A stretch of 39,428 bases of DNA. Origin: a virus (Duplodnaviria > Caudoviricetes). How positions within the stretch are numbered: the stretch's first letter is position 1; the number at the start of each line of letters is the position of its first letter. The notes under the pieces were generated by a model, which was not told where the DNA came from, ran no database searches, and was given only the letters and a program-made list of their open reading frames with translations. Location: positions 1 to 39,428 of the IMG/VR virus record IMGVR_UViG_3300006169_000087; one strand, given 5' to 3'. Shown piece after piece: positions 30,799 to 39,428 of the stretch. The position numbers were made by a program, and so were the translations under genes.

Positions 30799-31389
30799 AT
30801 GTCCCGCACCACCGTCATCCGTGGCTACGCCGTCGTGATGGCGGTGGTGCTGGGCTTCATCGCCCACACCGAGTTCACGACGCCGATGCCGACCCGCAAG
30901 CCGGACGTGCAGGCGACCATCTTCTCCCAGGTGCCGACCGCCAAGCCCGGACCTCCTCCCGTCGCCACGGGAGTCAAGGAGGGAGAGGCTCTCGCCTACA
31001 TCCGGATCCCCCGCTTCGGCAAGGAGTGGATCTGGACTGTGGTCGAGGGTACGAACCTGGACGACCTGTCCACCGGACCGGGTCACTACTCCCAGACTCC
31101 GCTCCCCGGCGCGGTCGGCAACTCCGCCATCGCCGCTCACCGGGCCGGACACGGAGACCCGTTCATCGACTTCGACACCCTGCAGATCGGCGACCTCGTC
31201 GTCATCTCGCAGAACGGTGGGACCTGGACCTACCGGCTGACGACTCGTCCCGAGATCATCGAGCCGGACGAAGGCTGGGTGCTGGACACCTGGGCTCCAG
31301 GCAGGACCCTGACCCTCACGACCTGCTGGCCGAAGTACGGCTCCGCCAAGAGGATGTTCGTTCGAGGCGTTCTCCAGGCCGAGGAGTGA
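30799..31389 (+). CDS. sortase (class E-like)
   Basis: N-terminal TM helix; I.IPRFG, GPGHY..TPLPG..GN.AIAAHR.GHG.PF (His), LTLTTCWP (Cys), R in SAKRM. Confidence 0.93.
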   Translation: MSRTTVIRGYAVVMAVVLGFIAHTEFTTPMPTRKPDVQATIFSQVPTAKPGPPPVATGVKEGEALAYIRIPRFGKEWIWTVVEGTNLDDLSTGPGHYSQTPLPGAVGNSAIAAHRAGHGDPFIDFDTLQIGDLVVISQNGGTWTYRLTTRPEIIEPDEGWVLDTWAPGRTLTLTTCWPKYGSAKRMFVRGVLQAEE

Positions 31390-31430
31390 CTCGATGATAC
31401 GAGTACCCACCCAAGGGTGAGAACGTACGA

Positions 31431-31465
31431 GAGAGGCCCTCCAGGGACGTCCTGGAGGGCCTCTC
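31431..31465. terminator. bidirectional terminator between the convergent arms
   Basis: Perfect 15-bp stem GAGAGGCCCTCCAGG/CCTGGAGGGCCTCTC between the sortase (+) and the holin (-). Confidence 0.75.
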
Positions 31466-31480
31466 GCTGTTGTACAGGTA

Positions 31481-31777
31481 CTACCCGGCCATGGGGCTGT
31501 CGACAACCTCCACGGACGCGCCGTCAACGACGGACGGGGGACTGGCCGGGCCAGCCACGGTATTCCCCTTCGTGTCGACGTACGCAGCGGTGTCCTGGAG
31601 CGGGACGACCTGACCCTGGACGTAGAAGGACATCCCCGCCTGCACGGCGGCGACGCCCAGCACGATCAGACCGGCGGTCTGCGCTCCGATCACGTCGGCG
31701 AGCGCAGTGCCCGCAGTCAGGATCTGGAGACCGGCGAGGATGCTGAAGGTGATCAGCACGGGACGAGACTTGTTCAT
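31481..31777 (-). CDS. holin-like membrane protein
   Basis: Two TM helices, 'V.P' after TM2; immediately downstream of the lysin. Confidence 0.7.
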   Translation of the reverse strand: MNKSRPVLITFSILAGLQILTAGTALADVIGAQTAGLIVLGVAAVQAGMSFYVQGQVVPLQDTAAYVDTKGNTVAGPASPPSVVDGASVEVVDSPMAG

Positions 31778-31796
31778 GGTTCCTCCTCTCTGAGGT

Positions 31797-32465
31797 CTAG
31801 GCAGCCATCAGGCGAGCACGGCGCTCGACGTAGGCCGACAGGTTGAAGACCGTGGCACCCTTGTTGGCCGGGTACCAAGTCTTGTCCGAACCGGGGGTGT
31901 GCTGCCCGGAGAGCCCGAACGCCTCGTTGACGTAGTCGTTCAACTGGCTCGAGGTCACCAGGCGTCCACGGGTGGAGTAGCCTCCGTCGACGTAGATGCC
32001 GACCTTCAGGCCGTGCATCTTGAAGTCGTCCGACCGGACCACGCCCTCGAACGGCGGGAGAGTGAAGCCGTGAATGTGCCAGCCGAACAGGGGAGGCTTC
32101 CGGACCCAGCAGCCGAAGCCGTTGCGGCGGAGGAAGCGCTGGGCCACCCACGGGTCGACGCCGGGGATCCAGATGTCCCAGGTGGAGTCGAAGTCGTGCG
32201 TCCCGGCCGAGGCCCGCACCCCGGTGTTCCAGTCCGGCTGGATGATCTGGATCTCGACGCCGAACCTGTTCAGAGCGAGGTTGTTGAGCCGGTTCATGTG
32301 GCACAGGGTCCAGAAGGATCCCCGTATGGCCCGACCCGACGTGGTCTTCTTCGACCAGGAGCACATCTTGTTCGGGGCCGGGGGACGGCGCCAGTTGATG
32401 GGCTTCCCGTTCAGGTGGCGGACCTCGTGCGGCTGCTTGATGCGCCGCTTCTTGGTGCTAGCCAT
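31797..32465 (-). CDS. endolysin, Zn-peptidase (M15-like)
   Basis: Starts MASTKKRR; IIQ..WN.GV.ASAGTHD.D...D...LRR.GF..W.R......HIH zinc-ligand pattern. Confidence 0.75.
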   Translation of the reverse strand: MASTKKRRIKQPHEVRHLNGKPINWRRPPAPNKMCSWSKKTTSGRAIRGSFWTLCHMNRLNNLALNRFGVEIQIIQPDWNTGVRASAGTHDFDSTWDIWIPGVDPWVAQRFLRRNGFGCWVRKPPLFGWHIHGFTLPPFEGVVRSDDFKMHGLKVGIYVDGGYSTRGRLVTSSQLNDYVNEAFGLSGQHTPGSDKTWYPANKGATVFNLSAYVERRARLMAA

Positions 32466-32631
32466 CGTCATCCTCCGTCTCCTCGTCGTCGTTGATCTCG
32501 ACGAGGTCGTCGCTGTTGTCCTCTTCGGGAGCCTCGCCGGGGTTCCCGGCTTCCTCGTCCGTGAGGCCCAGGCCGTGGTCTTCGACCAGGCCCGGCTCCA
32601 GAGGCAGTTCCATCTGCTCGCTGTCCTGCAT
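32458..32631 (-). CDS. small highly acidic protein (57 aa)
   Basis: MQDSEQMELP...EETEDDDG; fills the gap and overlaps the lysin start. Confidence 0.6.
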   Translation of the reverse strand: MQDSEQMELPLEPGLVEDHGLGLTDEEAGNPGEAPEEDNSDDLVEINDDEETEDDDG

Positions 32632-32632
32632 G

Positions 32633-33301
32633 TCACACTCCGTTCGGTTCACAGTTGTAGTTGCCGTCGTTGTCGCCGTCCGTGCAGGTGTACGTCACCC
32701 CCAGGTAGGTGAACGTGAAGGAGGACGGGCCGGGGCCTGCCGGGCCACGCTCCCCTTGCGGACCCTGAGGTCCCTGCTGGCCGGTCTCTCCCTGCGGTCC
32801 GGGAGGTCCCTGGGGTCCTTGAGGCCCAGCCGGGCCGGTCGCTCCGTCCACGCCGTCAGAGCCGTTCGAGCCGGGCTCTCCCGCGCTTCCAGTGTCCCCC
32901 TCGTCGCCGGTATCCCCCTTGGGGCCGGGAGGCCCTCGAGGGCCGGTCTCGCCCGTCTCACCCTGGGGTCCCTGGATGCCCTGCTCGCCTTCCGGACCCT
33001 GCTTGCCCTCGGGACCCGCCGGTCCAGCGACCCCGGCCTCGACGTCCTTCGCCTGCTCGCACAGGGCCTCGATGTCGGCGGTGTTGGCGACCTCGTCCTC
33101 ACAGGCCTCGCGGACCTGGGCGGCGAGGTTCTGCCCGGCCTGGGCGTCCTGGGAAGCCGTGTGCCAGGCAGACCACCCGGCCACCACGGCAACGATGGCG
33201 GAGACGATGGCGAGCAGCGCGAGGATGAAGATGATCTTCCGGGTCCGGGGATCCCGGCCCTCGGCTGCGGCCTCCTTCTTGATCTCCTCGGTCCGGTTCA
33301 C
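32633..33301 (-). CDS. membrane-anchored collagen-like (Gly-X-Y) protein
   Basis: TM helix, Cys pair, a long run of G-X-Y triplets, C-terminal YTC.DGD.DG.Y.C. Confidence 0.85.
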   Translation of the reverse strand: MNRTEEIKKEAAAEGRDPRTRKIIFILALLAIVSAIVAVVAGWSAWHTASQDAQAGQNLAAQVREACEDEVANTADIEALCEQAKDVEAGVAGPAGPEGKQGPEGEQGIQGPQGETGETGPRGPPGPKGDTGDEGDTGSAGEPGSNGSDGVDGATGPAGPQGPQGPPGPQGETGQQGPQGPQGERGPAGPGPSSFTFTYLGVTYTCTDGDNDGNYNCEPNGV

Positions 33302-33606
33302 GAGAAGTCACCTCGCACTTCGGCGAGTTCCTCTCGAAGGTGGCGGATCAACATCGTCTTCTCCTCGTTCTCCTCCAGTGCGGCATCGAGCCGGGTGCGG
33401 AGGTCGGTCTTCTCCTCCCGGAGGTCCAAGATCTGCTCGTCTCGCAGTGCGAGGCGCTCCCTCAGTGTAGCCTCTACTCCGGCATCGGCTGCCCCGCCGC
33501 GCTCCCGCTTGTTGTTCAACACCGCCACGGTGATGACTCCGAGAGTTGTGATCAGGGTCGTGAGGATACCGATCGCTGCGACTTGAACGGTGGGGTCGTT
33601 CGGCAC
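33298..33606 (-). CDS. membrane protein with coiled coil
   Basis: N-terminal TM helix plus heptad repeat. Confidence 0.75.
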   Translation of the reverse strand: MPNDPTVQVAAIGILTTLITTLGVITVAVLNNKRERGGAADAGVEATLRERLALRDEQILDLREEKTDLRTRLDAALEENEEKTMLIRHLREELAEVRGDFS

Positions 33607-33612
33607 CGGGGA

Positions 33613-34047
33613 TCACTCCTCTCGCGGTCGTTCCATCACCCTCGCAGTCAAGAGAGCGGTGTTGATCATGGCGAACCCTGCGTAGGCGACCACGGGAGTC
33701 GCTGCTGCGTTAGGGTACTGGACGAGGGAGACGGAGAAGAGGCTCGCCCACATGATCATCCACATCATCCCGAGCCACAGCCCCGCGATGTTCGGCCACT
33801 TGAAGGGCATCATCATGAGCGTGGCGGAAGCCATGATCGTGGCTCCCCAGAGCCAGATGTGGCCATCCGTCATGTCGATGAGAGGCTGGTAGGTCGGGAC
33901 GGTGAACCGCTGCTGCCCGCCGATGAGGACGGAGAGGCCGAGACCCCAGTGGACGACGATCATGATCGAAGTCACCCACTGGGTCAAGAGCCGCTCTTCC
34001 CACGCCCCCACGACGTAGTACCGGAAGCGGCAACGAAGACGGGCCAT
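33613..34047 (-). CDS. multi-pass membrane protein (4 TM)
   Basis: Starts MARLRC with RBS GAGGGAGG; four hydrophobic segments. Confidence 0.75.
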   Translation of the reverse strand: MARLRCRFRYYVVGAWEERLLTQWVTSIMIVVHWGLGLSVLIGGQQRFTVPTYQPLIDMTDGHIWLWGATIMASATLMMMPFKWPNIAGLWLGMMWMIMWASLFSVSLVQYPNAAATPVVAYAGFAMINTALLTARVMERPREE

Positions 34048-34100
34048 GGGGCCTCCCTCGCGGCAGCAGTCTCGGCCAACGATACCGTAGCGTCCCATGG

Positions 34101-37100
34101 TCAGTCCACCAGGAAGGCGATACCAGAGAGGGACACCCACGCTCCACCGTCGGTAGCGCAATGAACGCGCCCGTCAGACATCACGTCGACGCGGCTCACC
34201 ATGTTCGTCGGAACAGGGTTGGTGATCGAGTAGGCGGAGATGGGGTGATGGTGCTGCTTCATGTTGTGGGTGTGACCACTCGTGGAGGTCGTCACGTTGT
34301 CATCCGGGTCGCCAGTCTCCTTGGCCGCGAGGTTAGAGATCGAGATGGTCCGATTCTGAACCGTGCCCATCATGATGAGGTCGTTCCCGGCTACTCCGCC
34401 TCCGGGACGGAAGCCGACCGGGAGGGTGAGAATCGGGTTGGCCGAACCGAAGCCGCCTCCCTGGACGAGACCTCGAAGCATGACCATCTTCCCGATGCGC
34501 CGATACTGTGCGCCGACGTACGGAGATCCATAGTTGGACCACCCACCGGTGAGGGAGGCGTTGATCCAGCCGGTGTCATTGAGGTCGTTACCGTTCTTGT
34601 CCCACTTGTAGGGACCCATCCGTCCCGCGCCGTCTCCGGTCAGTTCAATCACCGGATTGGAGGAAGCATCGAGGCCCACGGAGACGATCTTCGCAGGGTT
34701 GGACTGAGGGAAGTTGTTGACCGCGCCGGACTGTCCGTAGATGCCTCCCGGCGGATTGCCTCCAGTGGGGTCAGAGGAGACGACCTTGGAGGTCCGCGCC
34801 GTGGGAGAACCGATCATGTCGATGTACTTCAGGTTCGCCTTGGCCGGGGTGGACGACTGCCGGGCATAGTACAACTTCCACTTGTCGACGTCGTCGTTGC
34901 CTCCCGAGTCCGGGGTCTCCGGCATCGTGATGACGAGCCGAGCCCGGCGACGCTGGGAGAACGACACCATCGTACCGACCGGAGTCTCGTGCTGTCCAGC
35001 CGTCTGTCCGGTGTGCGGGTTGGCCGGGTCGCCTCCGGTGTCGGAGTCGTAGGCCGACGCTCCGACCCAGGCCGTGGCGTTCAACGTGGGCCAGTTCCAG
35101 TCAGTGTAGAACGTGATCTTGCCACCGGCGTCGATCGAGCAGAACTGAGACCCGTTGTGGGTCATGCCGAGAGCCGCTCCCGGCTTGAGCCATTCCTCGT
35201 AGGTTCCTTCATCGTTCATCTCGGTAGAACCGCTGAAGACGTACATGGTCTGGTAGGTGTCCGAGGAGATGACCCAACGAGAGGCTCCTCCGCTGACGAT
35301 AGGTGCGTTCACGGCTCCGTTGATCCGCTGGGCGAGACCAGATCCGGCTTCCAGGTTGGTGTTGGACTGGGAGGTCGCGTTCTTGAACGAACCGTCTGCG
35401 TTGGTACCGCTGTTGAGGGTGAACTGCCGGATGTTGATGACCCCGGACCCTCCGCCGTCGTTCTGGACGAGCATCCAGCGGTTGTTGGAAGGGATGTACC
35501 CCAACGTCGGAGGACGAGCAGCGGTGTCGGTGATCCAACTTGCCGGGATCTTGTTGATGTACGGACCCCACACGTACCAATCGTCCCCCGACTTGAACAG
35601 AGCGGCCTCGCCGCTACCCTGGCCGGTTCCGCTTCCGAAGGCGTTGGAGGCCTTCTCCCGGGAGTTGTAGTCGTCCACCCAGGGACGTCCCGTCGCCAGG
35701 TTGTTGTAGATGGCTCCGGTGGTCGTGAATCGCCACACCCGGAAGCCGTTCGACTTCTGCTGGATGACGACCCAGGCACCCCAGTCCGAGTTCCATGCGA
35801 TCGACGTGATCTGCGAAGGATCGAGACGGAAGGTTCCGAGGTTGTACCCGGAGTTCGGAGTGTGGGGAGGCACCGCCGTCGTGGTGTTCAACTGGAGGGT
35901 GTCGTACTCGTACGAGATGATCGGCGGAGACGAAGGGGGAGTCACACCAGCGGACAACATGAGTCGTCCGTCCTTGGCGATGAGGTTGTTCGTCCCGAAC
36001 ATGGAGAAGTTGTTCACCACCTTGGCGGAGAGCATCTCCACGTCGGCACGGACGAAGGCGTTCACCGAGGAGTCGGTCGGGAACTGGACCACCGGCTGCT
36101 CGTTGGCGTCAACAGTCGAGATGCCGAGCGGGCTGATGTCGACCCGAGCACCCACCAGGTTCCCGTCCTCGTCGAGCGCGCCGGTAGAGATGGTCGAGCC
36201 CAGAAGCACGGTGCCGGAGAAGAGATTACCCGTGAGGGTCTCTCCGATGATGTTCTCACCCCGGATGGTCTCCGCCGCGATGTCCGGGCCGGTGATCTGA
36301 AACAGACGTCCGTCTACCCAGGCCGAGGGAGCCGCCGGGCCGTCCTCGTCCTTGGCGATAATGGCGAAGTAGTACGGGGCCGGACGGTCCGGGAGGTCGT
36401 ACTCGAACTTGTCGTACTCACCGGTCTCGAGGTCGATCGTCGGAAGGTTACGAAGGGTGGTCGAGTAGGCCGACGTCTGAGTGCAGAACGTGGTCGCGTC
36501 CGGCGGGCTGGTGTTGGTCGCCGAAGCGTGAACCTCGAACTGCATCGGGTCGGCGTTGGCCGGGGGAGTCCAACGCAGGTAGAACGCGCCGATGCCTCCG
36601 ATGACTTCCGGGAGCGGGGACGACGACGGAGCGTTACCGTCCGAGGTCTCCGGCTGGGGGAGGGTGTCGACCGGGATGTAAGTGCCGTCCAGGACCGGGA
36701 TCTCCTGGATGATGTCGGTGACCGTCCAGTCTCCGTCCACCAACTCCAGAACGACCGTCTCCTGGTCCTCCGGCTCCCGTACGCCGTCGGTCATCTTATC
36801 CTTCAGCGCGTGCTCGATCCGGGCGGAGATCGGCTCATCGTTGTCCTGGACCTCCACCATGGCCCACTTCTCCTCCGTCAGGGGGACGGAGAAGACCTTC
36901 GTGGCCTCCTCGGTGTCGGCGGCGAGGCCGGTGGTGAGCGTGAGGGTCAGAGCGGTGCGGTCAACGGCGGAGTAGTCATAGAGGATGCCCTCGATCTGTA
37001 CCGTGCCGGGAGCGTCCGAGAACTCGTCGGTGTCCATCACGTCGATGGTGGTGTCGCCCAGCAGATGAGCAGCGGCCAACTCGTCGCCCGCCGGGACGAT

Positions 37101-37127
37101 GTTGACTTCGAGGACCTGGCCCTGCAT
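34101..37127 (-). CDS. minor tail protein / receptor-binding protein (about 1008 aa)
   Basis: Starts MQGQVLEV, coupled to the upstream stop; FN3-like segment, beta-rich middle, C-terminal DTGW...YRRIG..V.LRG...LP.GFRP...WVSL.GI.F domain with an HxH insert. Confidence 0.85.
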   Translation of the reverse strand: MQGQVLEVNIVPAGDELAAAHLLGDTTIDVMDTDEFSDAPGTVQIEGILYDYSAVDRTALTLTLTTGLAADTEEATKVFSVPLTEEKWAMVEVQDNDEPISARIEHALKDKMTDGVREPEDQETVVLELVDGDWTVTDIIQEIPVLDGTYIPVDTLPQPETSDGNAPSSSPLPEVIGGIGAFYLRWTPPANADPMQFEVHASATNTSPPDATTFCTQTSAYSTTLRNLPTIDLETGEYDKFEYDLPDRPAPYYFAIIAKDEDGPAAPSAWVDGRLFQITGPDIAAETIRGENIIGETLTGNLFSGTVLLGSTISTGALDEDGNLVGARVDISPLGISTVDANEQPVVQFPTDSSVNAFVRADVEMLSAKVVNNFSMFGTNNLIAKDGRLMLSAGVTPPSSPPIISYEYDTLQLNTTTAVPPHTPNSGYNLGTFRLDPSQITSIAWNSDWGAWVVIQQKSNGFRVWRFTTTGAIYNNLATGRPWVDDYNSREKASNAFGSGTGQGSGEAALFKSGDDWYVWGPYINKIPASWITDTAARPPTLGYIPSNNRWMLVQNDGGGSGVINIRQFTLNSGTNADGSFKNATSQSNTNLEAGSGLAQRINGAVNAPIVSGGASRWVISSDTYQTMYVFSGSTEMNDEGTYEEWLKPGAALGMTHNGSQFCSIDAGGKITFYTDWNWPTLNATAWVGASAYDSDTGGDPANPHTGQTAGQHETPVGTMVSFSQRRRARLVITMPETPDSGGNDDVDKWKLYYARQSSTPAKANLKYIDMIGSPTARTSKVVSSDPTGGNPPGGIYGQSGAVNNFPQSNPAKIVSVGLDASSNPVIELTGDGAGRMGPYKWDKNGNDLNDTGWINASLTGGWSNYGSPYVGAQYRRIGKMVMLRGLVQGGGFGSANPILTLPVGFRPGGGVAGNDLIMMGTVQNRTISISNLAAKETGDPDDNVTTSTSGHTHNMKQHHHPISAYSITNPVPTNMVSRVDVMSDGRVHCATDGGAWVSLSGIAFLVD

Positions 37128-38338
37128 CACTTGCCACCCTTCTTCGCCTTCTTCGCCTTCTTGGCCCTCGTCCGGATGCTGCTCGTCTTCGGCTTGACGT
37201 TCTTCACGTACCCCATGGACGAGTCGGCTCCAGCGAGCAGGCCGATGGCGAACTGCGACGCACGGTGCCGGGCAGTGAACTTCGGGGTCTTCACCGTCAC
37301 GACGTCGAGTTCCTCCAGAGGGGGGATGGTGAGAGTATCGTAGCCCACATCCACCGACTCGAGGAGGCCCCGCGCCAACTCCGACTTGGCGCGCCTCTTG
37401 GCCTCCGCCTGGGTGGTGACGGAGTCGTCCTCGATGACCACCGGGATGTACCGGGGACCACCCTTCCGTCCGAGCGCCCACGGGCTCAACGGGTGGGAGC
37501 GAGCCGCCACAGCCTTGGCGTGGGGACGAGCCTTCTTCGGCTTGCCCTTCTTCTTGACCGGCTTCTTCCCGAAGACCTCCACGGCGTTCACCACGTCGTT
37601 GATGTCGAAGCCGACCTGGGTCTCCGTCTTGACGGAGCCTCCCGAGCCGGTCCGGAAGGTGAACACCGACGCCGACGGGATCTTCCGCATCTGGCAGACG
37701 CCATTGCCGTCGAAGAACAACTGGTAGCCGATGGACTTGGCGAGCGACTTGGCAACGTTCCACGGGAGCCGGTCGCCACCGACGGAGACGTTCCGGGGCA
37801 ACTTCTTGGCGAGGTCCGGGATGTTGAGGTGGGTCTCGCCCATGATGTCGCGGACTATGACCCGGATGGCCGACGTGACCTTGTAGCCCTTCTTGAACGT
37901 CTTCTCGTTCCAGGCCGGGGCCAGGCCGAAGACTTCCTTGCCCTGGCACTCGACCCGGACGATGGCGCCGTTGCGCTCCATGGACGTGATCGGGCCGGTG
38001 AAGATGGGCGTGGTGTACCGGACGGTCCCAGCGGGGTTGATGATGCTGTACTTGACGCGGATCATTCGGTCAGCGAACAGTGCCCCGGCATCCGGGCTGT
38101 TACTGTCGAGATGGAGAGCACCCGTCGGATCCAGGAGGTCGAGATCCAGCGAACGGGTGACCTCCGACGTAGCGTCGACGGTGACCTGTCCGTCCTCGAG
38201 TCGAGCGGTGATGTTCCCGCCGGGGATCTCGTCCATGTTGAGGTTCATCAACGTGAGGTCGATGTCGATGGTGTGGTGGGTACACAGCAGGGCCAGGTAC
38301 GCCTGCTGCTGTGCGTTGTTGCGCCCGTCCTTGCGCAT
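37127..38338 (-). CDS. minor tail / baseplate hub protein
   Basis: GQVTVDAT..V.RSL.L, LFFDGNG, N.V.V.G, P.LE..D motifs of actinophage minor tail proteins. Confidence 0.8.
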   Translation of the reverse strand: MRKDGRNNAQQQAYLALLCTHHTIDIDLTLMNLNMDEIPGGNITARLEDGQVTVDATSEVTRSLDLDLLDPTGALHLDSNSPDAGALFADRMIRVKYSIINPAGTVRYTTPIFTGPITSMERNGAIVRVECQGKEVFGLAPAWNEKTFKKGYKVTSAIRVIVRDIMGETHLNIPDLAKKLPRNVSVGGDRLPWNVAKSLAKSIGYQLFFDGNGVCQMRKIPSASVFTFRTGSGGSVKTETQVGFDINDVVNAVEVFGKKPVKKKGKPKKARPHAKAVAARSHPLSPWALGRKGGPRYIPVVIEDDSVTTQAEAKRRAKSELARGLLESVDVGYDTLTIPPLEELDVVTVKTPKFTARHRASQFAIGLLAGADSSMGYVKNVKPKTSSIRTRAKKAKKAKKGGK

Positions 38339-39428
38339 CAGAACCCCACCTCGAAGAAGTCGAAGGACGCCAGGTACTCCACGGTCCCGTCCGGGTACGC
38401 GAGCGGCTGGTCGGTGACGTTCCGGATCACCACCTTCATCACCTTGTTGACCCAGGTGAACTTCAGCACGGTGCCGGGGTTGTCCTTGAAGTATTCGAGG
38501 TTGGCAAGCATCTGGTCGGCCGAGAGGCCGGGGACGATGTTGTTCGCCAGCACCCCGGCCACCGTGCCCTCGTACCCACGGATGGACTGGGTGATGAGAA
38601 CAGGAGGAGCGTCCCCGAGGATGTAGTGGATCTCCGAGGACTCCGTACGATCCGCCGCGATGTCCGGGTTGAGGAACAGGACCTTCCGACCGTCGTTGGA
38701 CTGGGAGAGGACCGGGGCCACCGCCTTGACGAGAGCGTTGGCCGTCGGGTTACCCGAGGACGTGACCCCGTTGACCTTCGCACCCACCGACCAGGTGTGG
38801 GTCTTGCGCGGCGCAGCCTCGTCGTCCACGAAGCGGTAGGTCGTGCCGGACACGAAGACGTCCACCGGCTCAACCTCAGCCACGATGACGTTGTTCCGGT
38901 AGATGACGAACGAGTCCGGAGCGGTGCTCCGCTTCCACTCCAGGGTCGCCTTCGGGAAGTTGCCTTCCGGGGTGACGGTGAAGTCGGTGACCGTGGCCAC
39001 GGTGTTGGACTCCTGGTACACGAAGTCCCGAGAGGCCTCCACGTAGATCGGGTCGTCCGGCACGTTGACCCGGTTCTGGTCGTCCCAGATCCGGACGATG
39101 ACCCGGTAGGTCTTGCCGGTCTCCTTGATCTTGCCCGCCGGAGGAGTCACGGCGGTGTCGGCCGAAGTGATGATGCCGGAGTTCCACAGGTACACCGCCG
39201 GGGTCTCCGGGGTCGTCAGGAGCACCTGGTACTTGACCTGGGTGCGTCCCGTGAAGGTCCAGGAGAACGGAGGCGTAGCGTCGTTGACGAAGGCCGGGCT
39301 GCCGGCAGCCGGGTTGGTGATGGTGAGGGTGCCCTTGGTCTTCCGCACGAAGTAGGCGACGTCCGACCAGGCACTCGAGAGCCCTGCGCCGTCGGTGTTG
39401 AGCACACGCCACCACAGGGTCGCGTCGG
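38338..39428 (-). CDS. minor tail protein with Ig/FN3-like domains, 5' end outside the window
   Basis: ATPPFSWT, YRV.VR.WD, FVIYRN beta-sandwich repeats; position in the tail module. Confidence 0.75.
   Translation of the reverse strand, partial: DATLWWRVLNTDGAGLSSAWSDVAYFVRKTKGTLTITNPAAGSPAFVNDATPPFSWTFTGRTQVKYQVLLTTPETPAVYLWNSGIITSADTAVTPPAGKIKETGKTYRVIVRIWDDQNRVNVPDDPIYVEASRDFVYQESNTVATVTDFTVTPEGNFPKATLEWKRSTAPDSFVIYRNNVIVAEVEPVDVFVSGTTYRFVDDEAAPRKTHTWSVGAKVNGVTSSGNPTANALVKAVAPVLSQSNDGRKVLFLNPDIAADRTESSEIHYILGDAPPVLITQSIRGYEGTVAGVLANNIVPGLSADQMLANLEYFKDNPGTVLKFTWVNKVMKVVIRNVTDQPLAYPDGTVEYLASFDFFEVGF

Noticed and set aside
34161-37343. 1060-aa plus-strand ORF and other long antisense ORFs (for example 29644-31527, 18667-20172)
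   Set aside because: Shadow ORFs caused by high-GC codon bias opposite genes with clear motifs
37128-37949. N-terminal extension making the tail protein 1282 aa
   Set aside because: It overlaps the 37127-38338 gene in another frame and has low-complexity composition. The coupled ATG at 37127 is the better start.

Overview
About 39 kb of a high-GC tailed dsDNA phage, most likely an actinobacterial siphovirus (inferred from a class E sortase, GH25 and M15-type lysins, DUF932/DUF2786 genes and actinophage-style tail proteins). No integrase or repressor is visible in this window. The layout has two arms. Minus strand, 1-2600: small ORFs, a probable terminase small subunit, a structured ncRNA candidate and a GH25 muramidase running off the left edge. 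2650-3270: a non-coding divergence region rich in short repeats. Plus strand, 3276-31389: VRR-NUC nuclease, SNF2 helicase, primase-helicase, a SAM-methyltransferase-like gene, DUF2800 exonuclease, dCMP deaminase, NDT-like hydrolase, DUF2815 SSB and family A DNA polymerase. These are followed by a compact thymidine-hypermodification cluster (5hmdU DNA kinase, dUMP hydroxymethylase-like fusion, amino acid:DNA transferase, PLP enzyme, P-loop kinase), a set of small genes behind six conserved promoter/leader cassettes, and a phage-encoded sortase with its own LPETG substrate. Minus strand, 31481-39428: holin, peptidase endolysin, membrane and collagen proteins, minor tail proteins. Highlights are the hypermodification pathway with an extra methyltransferase-like gene, the sortase/substrate pair, a shared C-terminal D-L-I/L tail on five proteins, a repeated promoter-hairpin-GAACCGG leader, and candidate structured RNAs. 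All family assignments come from motif recognition by eye; no database search was run.
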